64,000 bases of DNA from positions 79,422 to 143,421 of the forward strand of contig JAGWKL010000004.1 in assembly GCA_028865345.1 (NCBI GenBank). The letters run 5' to 3'. Positions 56,771-64,000 of the stretch are shown in pieces. Source of the DNA: Candidatus Omnitrophota bacterium. GTDB lineage: Bacteria; Omnitrophota; Gorgyraeia; Zapsychrales; Fredricksoniimonadaceae. Below the pieces are notes generated by a model that saw only the letters and a program-made list of their open reading frames with translations, searched no databases and was not told the DNA's origin. Both the position numbers and the translations under genes were made by a program. Numbering within the stretch: the first letter of the stretch is position 1; every line of letters begins with the position of its first letter.

Positions 56771-58536
56771 CTATTGAAGCAATTGATTAAACTCTTGGCG
56801 CAGTTGATCTAATTTTTCCGTATCCTTTACCGCCTCGGCCTGCCGGATGGCTTCCACTAACTGGGCCCTGGCCTTTTTCTGCTTTTCCCTGCGCATCTTA
56901 CCGACGCAGTCCTGGAAAACCAGGGCAGGGTCTCCTAATTTCTTTTCTTCCACATCGATGAGCCCGGTCACCAGGCTTTGCGCTGTCTGCTCCTGTAGAC
57001 GCACCAGCAGGTCGTTGACCGACCATTCCTCTTTTTCTTCGGCCAGGGGCCACATCACTTCGGTGATCCGGCGTATCAGCCCTTCGGAGAAGTCTTCAGG
57101 ACCTATTTTCTCCTTCGCCGCCTTGACCCAGGCATGGTCTTTTAAAAAAAGGGCCAGCAGCAATTCTTGGGCCCCCTCTATCGAGGCCGGCGGCCTTGCC
57201 TCCACGGCGGCCTTAGTCGTATTGACCGGCACCCGCTGTTGCCCATCGGCCTGTTTGAGCAATATCCCTTCGGGGACGTTCAATTTTTGGGCCAGAACTT
57301 TGGTCAATTCGTACTTGGCCACTTCACTTTTAAACCGCGCGATCGTCGCCAACAGCTCCCGGCTGATCTTGGATTTGCCCTCAACCGTCGCCGGGTCATG
57401 TTGGGCGGAAAGCCAGCTGAATTTAAAATCCAACAGCGATACAGCGCCGTCAATACGCGCCGAGAACGCTTCCAGGCCTTGGGACAGGATGAAGGAATCC
57501 GGGTCCTGGCCCTCCGGCAGTGTCGCCACGCGCACATCCATGCCCTCATCGATCAACAGATCCAGGCTGCGCACCATGGCCGCTTGTCCGGCGGCATCCG
57601 CATCAAAAAGCATGACCACGTTGGGCGTGTAACGGCGGACCAATCTTATTTGGTCAGCGGTCAAAGCCGTGCCCAGGGACGCCGCGATATTTTCCACCCC
57701 GTGGATGTAAGGCATGATCATGTCCATGTAGCCTTCCACCACGATGATCTTATCCAGTTTCCCGACAGAGGCCCTGGTCAACTGCAGGCCGAACATGTGC
57801 CGGCCCTTGGTATAAACCGGGGTCTCGGGGGAATTGATATATTTGGCGCCGTCAGAATCGGTCATGGCGCGGGCGCCAAAGGCCACGCACCGATTTTGTA
57901 CATCCGCTATCGGAAACACAATGCGGTTGCGGAAACGGTCATAATGCCCGCTTTTGCCTTCCCGGGCCACAATCAAACCCGCCTTGGCAATCAGCTCCTC
58001 GCTGATTGACTTCGACCTCAAATATTTTAAAAGAGCGTCCCACTCATCGGGCGCGAAGCCCAATTGAAATTTTCTGGCCGTTTCCAAATTTACGCCGCGG
58101 CCCCTCAGATAATCCCTGGCCGCCTTGGCATCATCTTTCCGGCTGCCCAAAAGCATGTCATGAAAAAAGGCGGCAGCCTGGGCATTGATCTTTAAAATCT
58201 CTTCCTTCAACTCCCGCGACGGGCTTGAAGGCGCCGCCTGCGTTTCGGGAATCTCCACCCCGCACTTTTGGGCTAAAACCCGCACGGCCTCGGGAAATTC
58301 CAGGCGTTCCTGGCGCATGATAAAACCGACCGCATTGCCGCCTGCCCCGCACCCGAAACAATGGAAGATCTGTTTGTCGGGATTGACCACGAATGACGGC
58401 GTCTTCTCATTATGGAACGGACAAAGAGCCTTAAAATTACGGCCTGCTTTTTTTAAGGCCGTATAATTGCCGATGATCTCAACAATATCACTGCGTTCGA
58501 TGACTTGCTGGATGACATCATTGGGAATGAGTCCCA
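56771..58536 (-). CDS. dnaG: DNA primase
   Basis: Zinc-ribbon [11 protein letters not shown]...CFGCG, TOPRIM ([16 protein letters not shown]). Start probably at the internal Met (MGLIPNDV) near 58536; the ORF track extends it to 58669. Confidence 0.9.
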
Positions 58537-58559
58537 TAATACCTGCTTTAAGAGTCCTA

Positions 58560-59129
58560 TTAATCCGCTGTGTGCAAAACCTTGGCCGGGGCGGCATTGT
58601 AATGCTCAGCCGGGAACAATTTATCGACCAGATTGTTATAGATAAAACCGTACGTGCCCACGGCCGCATGCCCGGCTATTTTATAACCGTAGGAACTGCG
58701 GACCATGCGCGTCAAAGGCCCGTCATGCACCATTAAAATCAAGAATAACGTCAGGCTGCAGACTAAAATGCCGCGCCCCACGGCGACGACACCTGCCGCG
58801 TATTTGTCAAATCCTTCATGGGTGGTTTCCACCCTAAAAAGAAACAATATGCCGTCCCGCAGGAATTTAAAAATAACGGCCACGATGATCCAGAGGCAGA
58901 CAAAAACCAATAAATCCCAATAGGCCCACGGCAAATGGGTTTTTTGGGCCGCCCACGCCGCCAAAAAGCTGTAAAAATGCAAACTGACAAAGACCACTAC
59001 AACAACGCCCAAAAACTTAAAGAATTCAGATACAAAACCGTTTTTGACCCCAACGAAAATTATCTGTATAAACAAACAAAGCAGCGCTACGTCAATCCAA
59101 TTGATGCTTTTAACTAAATGGGTCAACAT
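58560..59129 (-). CDS. cvpA: CvpA-family membrane protein (colicin V production protein-like)
   Basis: N-terminal INWIDVALLCLFIQIIFVGVKNGFVSEFFKFLG motif and a 4-TM topology. Confidence 0.65.
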   Translation of the reverse strand: MLTHLVKSINWIDVALLCLFIQIIFVGVKNGFVSEFFKFLGVVVVVFVSLHFYSFLAAWAAQKTHLPWAYWDLLVFVCLWIIVAVIFKFLRDGILFLFRVETTHEGFDKYAAGVVAVGRGILVCSLTLFLILMVHDGPLTRMVRSSYGYKIAGHAAVGTYGFIYNNLVDKLFPAEHYNAAPAKVLHTAD

Positions 59130-59296
59130 AAAGATGTGGTTCGTCCCCGCGTCTGGGGACAGGGCCCCGACTCCGGGACAGTTGCGCTCCTGGCGACAGA
59201 GCGACTATTGTTGGCCAAGTATAACATGCAGCCAAGGGGCTGTCAAGGAAGCGCTCCCCCGTCTGAAATAAACGTAACCATTTGAAAATTATTAAG

Positions 59297-62200
59297 TTAG
59301 ACTGCTGCGGGAGCGGCCAAAAGGCCCAATTGTTTCGACGTGGCAGGGGGTTGATTGATTTCGGCCGTTTTGTTTGTTGAAGAACCCTGGGGCGGGACGG
59401 CTTTATGCTCCTCAAGCTTAACGGACACGATACGCGACACCCCCCGTTCCTGCATGGTAACGCCGTACATGATGCTTGCCGCATTCATGGTGTTCTTATT
59501 ATGGGTGATCACGATAAACTGGGCGATCTTGGCAAACTCTTTTAACATCTGCGCGAACCGGCCCACATTGGATTCATCCAGGGCTGCGTCGATTTCGTCC
59601 AGCACGCAGAAAGGAGAGGGTTTAACCTTAAATACGGCGAAAACCAGGGCAATGGCAGTCAACGATTTTTCCCCGCCGGACAAAAGGCTGATATTTTGGA
59701 GTTTCTTGCCCGGAGGCCTGGCCACGATGTCAATACCGCACTCCAGGGCATTCTCCGGGTCAAGCAGGACCAGCTGGGCTTCCCCGCCGCCGAAGAGCAT
59801 GCGGAAGTGGACCTTGAATTCCTCATTGACCTTTTCAAAAGTTTCGGTGAACATTTGGCGGGTGGTACGGTTGATCTTCTGGATCGTCGCCATCAACTGC
59901 TCGCGGGCCTCCAGAAGATCGCTTTGCTGCTTGGTCAAGAATTCATGCCGGCCCTTCAACTCCTCGAATTCTTCAATGGCCACGAGATTGACGGCCCCGT
60001 AGGATTCGCAACGTTTCTTGAGCCGGTCGATTTCTGCGGAAAGATCTTCGATGCTTAATTGCGTTGCCGGCGGGGCGGGCGGCGGATCGTCCGGGGCGCT
60101 TATATCCCCTGTTTCCTGCTCAGCAATGGTTTGAGTTTGGGGGGCCTGCTGTATCTGGTCCCAGTCGATCTTGTAGGACTGCATCAAGCGTTCTTTGAGC
60201 GAACGCTGGTTGAACTGCACTTCCTGCTGGCGCATCTGCTGGTTATGCGTGTCGGTCTTGATCTTGATGATCTCCTCTTCCATGCCGCGGATGGCACCGC
60301 GCTTGGAGGTTAAGACGCGGGACATTTCTTCTTTTTTAGCCGATTCTTCGTTGATGAGCACGCTCAAGGATTCTTTTTTATGCCGGAGTTCTTCAATCGC
60401 CTGTTGCAGGAGGAGGTTTTCCTCGTCGATCTTGACCTTTTTGGCTTGAAGATCATGGCCTTCGGAATCAAAACGGTTGATGTCCATCAAATCACGGTCG
60501 AGATTTTGGGTATACAAGACCAGATTTTCATCAAGCCCGCGGCGCTTGTCGTCCAGGGCCGTTAACTCGGTGTCCAGTTGGGCAATGACCACATTCAACT
60601 GCTGACGCTCCTGGTCCCTATCGGCCATGTCTTTTTGCTTGGTTTTAATATCCTCCTGGCAACGGGTGATCTGGCCGCCGATCCCCTGCAGGCTTGTGTT
60701 CAATTGGGCTTCCTGTGTTTTCAACAAAGCCAATGAAGATTCCACTTCAGCACATTCAGCGCCGATCACATCCAACTCTCCCGCCAGTTTCCCGGAGGCA
60801 AGTTCGATATCGCCCTTCTGGGCTTCCAGGACTGAAAGTTTCTTTTCCTGCTGTTGGATGGCTTTAAGGACCTCATCGACGGCATTGCTCTTGCCTTTAA
60901 CCTGGCACTCCAATTCAGCTTTCTTGATATTGGCCTGGGCCAACTTTTCGACGACCGCGGCTATACGTTCATCCAGATATTGTAAATCCAATTCTACATA
61001 TTTGGTTTCGTAGGTGATTTCGTAGGTTTCCGCCGCCCCTTCGGCGGCCTGGATGACCCTGATGCCCTTGATCTTGCCGATAATGCCGGTTTGTTTTTCG
61101 TTCGGCCGCACCGCGGCTAAAAAGCGGCCTTCCACAACGGTGTCAGGACTGTCCTGATACTGGGCCTGCATTTTCTGGATAAATTCCTTTTGGGAAATAA
61201 GAAAGAGCTGGGTCTTCTCAAAATCATTGATCAGGGCCTCCTGAAGCGACAGGCTGGTTTTCATATCTTCCAAGGCCTGCCGGCGTCCGTCGCTGTCAGT
61301 CAAAAACTCCTGCAGTTGGGCCTGGGCCTGGGAAAGCTCGCTGTTAATGGCTTCGCAGCGCCGGTGTGCCTGGACCTTTTCATCATTGACCTTGGAATTT
61401 TCCTGTTGGAGGCGGGCTTTCTTGGCCAATGCTTCCAGCGTACGCTTCATATTTTCCGTCAATTGGTTTTTAAAACGCACCTGCTGGCCGTTCAAGCCCA
61501 AAATCTCCTTTTCCACCTCTGCAATGGATATCCCGGCCTGCTCGATCGCGTGGGTGGCGATGGAGAGCCCGTTGCGTTTCTGCTGCACGAGGGACTGCAG
61601 GCTTGTCAAGTTTTCCGCCAGCAGGCTCAAAGCCGTTTTGATCTCCTCAATCTTGCCCTGGTGGGCGGCGCAGCGCTCCAGCGCTGCGGCCTTGTCGTCC
61701 GACAGTCGCCGCATGGCCTCATCCATGCCCTGACAGCGTTCCTGGTTGAAGGCGATTTGACGCGCGTTCATGGCCGCTTCGTTTTCCAGACGGATCTCCT
61801 GGGCCCTGAACCCATTGATGCGCTCATCCATCTCTTCCAACTGCAAGGCCTCATTCTCAATGCGGTTATTCAAATCTTCCATCTGGGCCGTCAATTCAAG
61901 TTCATGGGCTTGGCACACCCTGACGGCCGCAGCCAAGGCCCCGGTCTCCTGGTCAAGGGCGGCCATCTGATGGCCGGCAAAGGTCAACTCGTAATTTTTC
62001 AGGACTTCGAACTCTTCCTTATAACGCCGGGCTTTTTTGGCCTGGCGTTCGATGGTGGCGATCTGGCGCTTGACCTCGACGACAATGTCATTGATGCGCA
62101 ACAGGTTGTCTTCGGTCTCTTTGAGCTTGCTCAAAGCTTCTTTTTTCTTGGCTTTATATTTGGTGATCCCGGCCGCCTCATCAAAGATCTGGCGGCGGTC

Positions 62201-62665
62201 ATCCGGCTTGGCGGAGATCATCAGGTCCACCTTGCCCTGCTGGATGAGCGAATAGGCCTCGGCACCCACACCGGTGCCAAGGAACAGCTCCACAATGTCT
62301 TTGAGGCGCACGACGTTCTTGTTGAGCAGGTATTCGCTTTCACCGGAGCGGAAAAGCCGGCGGGTGACGATGACCTCGTCATGGTCGAGAGGTAAAATGC
62401 GCGATTCATTGGAGAAAACCAGGCTGACTTCCGCAAAACCCAAGGGGGCGCGCTGGTCGGTGCCGTTGAAGATGACATCCTCCATCGACGATCCGCGCAG
62501 CTCCCGGACGCTCTGCTCGCCCAGGACCCAGCGGATGGCGTCAAAGACATTGCTTTTGCCGCAGCCGTTGGGCCCGACGATGGCGGAGATGCCGGGCTGG
62601 AATTCAAGCACAGTCTTCTGCGCGAAAGACTTGAACCCGAATATTTCAAGTCGCCTGAAATACAT
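59297..62665 (-). CDS. smc: chromosome segregation protein SMC
   Basis: N-terminal Walker A (GPNGCGKSN), long coiled coils, a hinge, and C-terminal LSGGEKSLTAIALVFAVF...VLDEIDAALD. Confidence 0.95.
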   Translation of the reverse strand: MYFRRLEIFGFKSFAQKTVLEFQPGISAIVGPNGCGKSNVFDAIRWVLGEQSVRELRGSSMEDVIFNGTDQRAPLGFAEVSLVFSNESRILPLDHDEVIVTRRLFRSGESEYLLNKNVVRLKDIVELFLGTGVGAEAYSLIQQGKVDLMISAKPDDRRQIFDEAAGITKYKAKKKEALSKLKETEDNLLRINDIVVEVKRQIATIERQAKKARRYKEEFEVLKNYELTFAGHQMAALDQETGALAAAVRVCQAHELELTAQMEDLNNRIENEALQLEEMDERINGFRAQEIRLENEAAMNARQIAFNQERCQGMDEAMRRLSDDKAAALERCAAHQGKIEEIKTALSLLAENLTSLQSLVQQKRNGLSIATHAIEQAGISIAEVEKEILGLNGQQVRFKNQLTENMKRTLEALAKKARLQQENSKVNDEKVQAHRRCEAINSELSQAQAQLQEFLTDSDGRRQALEDMKTSLSLQEALINDFEKTQLFLISQKEFIQKMQAQYQDSPDTVVEGRFLAAVRPNEKQTGIIGKIKGIRVIQAAEGAAETYEITYETKYVELDLQYLDERIAAVVEKLAQANIKKAELECQVKGKSNAVDEVLKAIQQQEKKLSVLEAQKGDIELASGKLAGELDVIGAECAEVESSLALLKTQEAQLNTSLQGIGGQITRCQEDIKTKQKDMADRDQERQQLNVVIAQLDTELTALDDKRRGLDENLVLYTQNLDRDLMDINRFDSEGHDLQAKKVKIDEENLLLQQAIEELRHKKESLSVLINEESAKKEEMSRVLTSKRGAIRGMEEEIIKIKTDTHNQQMRQQEVQFNQRSLKERLMQSYKIDWDQIQQAPQTQTIAEQETGDISAPDDPPPAPPATQLSIEDLSAEIDRLKKRCESYGAVNLVAIEEFEELKGRHEFLTKQQSDLLEAREQLMATIQKINRTTRQMFTETFEKVNEEFKVHFRMLFGGGEAQLVLLDPENALECGIDIVARPPGKKLQNISLLSGGEKSLTAIALVFAVFKVKPSPFCVLDEIDAALDESNVGRFAQMLKEFAKIAQFIVITHNKNTMNAASIMYGVTMQERGVSRIVSVKLEEHKAVPPQGSSTNKTAEINQPPATSKQLGLLAAPAAV

Positions 62666-62799
62666 AATACCACTTTATAGTATCTGACGGGAGTGTCAAC
62701 CAAGAATTGATATTTTTTCGACGGGCGGTGAAAATTATGGAGTTCTAATATTTGCGGCGGGTCAAGGCCACCCGCGGTTGAGAAAATTTGTCCCTTTAT

Positions 62800-64000
62800 T
62801 TATTCCAAAATGCCCGTGCGGCAAACGCGGGCAAATTGTGTTGCGGAATTCCTGACGGTCCTTTGCTGTGTTTCAAAATCAACGCCGATCAATCCGAATC
62901 TGGGCTTAAAGCCTTCGGCCCACTCGAAATTGTCCAGGAGGGACCAGTATAGATACCCGATGACATCCACCCCCTGCTCCATGGCCCTATGGACATTCTC
63001 AAGATGGCTGCGGATGAACTCCCAACGCTGGTTGTCATCGTCGGTGCAAATGCCGTTTTCCGCGACCATCACCGGCAGCCGGTATTTCTTGAGGCTTAAG
63101 AGCACCTGAAGGAGCCCTTGCGGATAAATGGCCCAGCCTAAAGAATTTTTCGGCAGCGGATGATGGTTGTCGCGGCAAACCTCCCCGAGAATGTCCCCGA
63201 TGCCCCGGCCGTGCACATGCGCCAGGTGCCTTGAATAATAATTAACCCCAATAAAATCAAGCGTTTTGTGCCGGGCTAAAGTTCCCAGGACTTCCTGATT
63301 ATACCAATATTCCCTTAGCCCCGCGGCCATGCGGTTCCTTAAACTTTGATCGCAGGCGACGATGGCCTGCATATGCTGGGCAATGCTGACCATGGGTGCG
63401 GGAATATTCAATTCCTTATAAATTCTATGGACCAGCCGGTAGGCTTCGATATGGGCCCGCTGCATATTGTCGTGGACGGCCTTCATCTTAAAAAATGATT
63501 TTTCCTGCGGCGGCCATATCCCCCAAAAATACGAATGCGAAAAATAAACCGTGGGCTCGTTGATGGTAAACCAAAAGCGGACATGGGGGCCGAGAGCGCG
63601 GACGACACAATCGCAGTACCGTAAGAACCGCCGGACGACAGCAGGGTTTGTCCAGCCCCCTGAAGAGCTCAACCACAGAGGATTGGTAAAATGATGCAGG
63701 GTCACCATGGGCTCCATGCCCCGGGAGCGCAAAGCCTTGATCACATCGATGTAATGTTGTAATTCTTTCTGGAGGAATTTTCCTTCGCGGGGTTCAACGC
63801 GGCCCCATTCGATGGAAAGCCGGTGGGCATTATGGTTTAAACTTTGGGCCAGGTCAAAATCCTGCCCGTATAATTCATAATGGCGGCAGGCGGCCCCTGA
63901 CCTTTCTTTGCCGGCCCGGATTTCCCATTCCCACCAATCCGCATTGGCATTGTCACCCTCCACCTGGTAGGACGAAGCGGCAGAACCCCAATAAAAACCC
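62800..64000 (-). CDS. GH1 family beta-glucosidase (partial: N-terminus lies beyond the window end)
   Basis: ITENG, LSIEWGRVEP and NEP motifs. Translating past the ORF-track start gives GFYWGSAASSYQVEG up to nt 64000. Confidence 0.85.
   Translation of the reverse strand, partial: GFYWGSAASSYQVEGDNANADWWEWEIRAGKERSGAACRHYELYGQDFDLAQSLNHNAHRLSIEWGRVEPREGKFLQKELQHYIDVIKALRSRGMEPMVTLHHFTNPLWLSSSGGWTNPAVVRRFLRYCDCVVRALGPHVRFWFTINEPTVYFSHSYFWGIWPPQEKSFFKMKAVHDNMQRAHIEAYRLVHRIYKELNIPAPMVSIAQHMQAIVACDQSLRNRMAAGLREYWYNQEVLGTLARHKTLDFIGVNYYSRHLAHVHGRGIGDILGEVCRDNHHPLPKNSLGWAIYPQGLLQVLLSLKKYRLPVMVAENGICTDDDNQRWEFIRSHLENVHRAMEQGVDVIGYLYWSLLDNFEWAEGFKPRFGLIGVDFETQQRTVRNSATQFARVCRTGILE

Noticed and set aside
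58550-58566. Apparent in-frame stop in dnaG when I hand-translated around 58556..58561
   Set aside because: The ORF track gives a continuous 632-aa primase with sensible sequence through this point. I attribute the discrepancy to a one-base slip in my manual reading, not to a pseudogene.
61190-62395. 401-aa + strand ORF antisense to smc
   Set aside because: Repetitive Leu/Gly/Gln translation mirroring the coiled-coil codon periodicity of smc; a shadow ORF.
62666-62799. GCGGGT...ACCCGC hairpin between smc and the beta-glucosidase gene, considered as a terminator
   Set aside because: Short stem with no adjacent U-tract on either strand; not convincing as an intrinsic terminator.
1-64000. Possibility that the long fused ORFs reflect an alternative genetic code with stop-codon reassignment
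   Set aside because: TGG encodes the conserved Trp pair in rpoD (YATWWIRQ). TGA and TAA function as stops in several ATGA/TAATG gene overlaps that I checked by hand. Reassigned stops would shorten standard-code ORFs, not lengthen them.
1-64000. Searched for transposases, integrases, reverse transcriptases, CRISPR repeats, tRNA or rRNA
   Set aside because: None found. No ORF has DDE, tyrosine recombinase or RT motifs, and no regularly spaced direct repeats were seen. The flanking rpoD-dnaG-smc block argues for core chromosome, not a mobile island.

Overview
Dense, almost entirely coding chromosomal window of about 50% GC from a diderm bacterium. It uses the standard genetic code: TGG codes Trp in rpoD, and TGA/TAA are used as stops in ATGA-type gene overlaps. 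Roughly 14 genes between 2.3 kb and 34.7 kb lie head-to-tail on the minus strand with tiny gaps or 4-nt overlaps. In transcription order these are:
- kdpF-like peptides, then kdpA, kdpB and kdpC;
- a 3088-aa giant mosaic ORF;
- kdpD and kdpE;
- an OmpR/CusR-like regulator and a CusS/BaeS-like kinase;
- a small periplasmic repeat protein;
- an OMF, an RND permease, an MFP and an in-frame RND::OMF fusion;
- a membrane protein, an N-terminally truncated Rho paralog, and a glycine-zipper protein.

Downstream are a CPA1 antiporter, mgtA, pfkA, a BamE-like lipoprotein and a signal-transduction island (REC-only proteins, REC plus pseudo-REC, a hybrid kinase, a CBS protein and an HTH-REC regulator). 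After that come three paralogous sensor kinases with near-identical catalytic cores, two tandem TonB-dependent receptors with a YfiR/DUF4154-like protein, then the housekeeping block aroD, rpoD, dnaG, cvpA and smc, and a partial GH1 beta-glucosidase. No transposases, integrases, CRISPR arrays or rRNA/tRNA genes were seen.

The most unusual content is two cases where envelope-spanning export components normally made as separate proteins are fused into one reading frame. One is the giant ORF sitting inside the kdp operon, which has membrane-fusion-protein-like and TolC-like modules. The other is the RND permease fused to a NodT-type outer-membrane lipoprotein.
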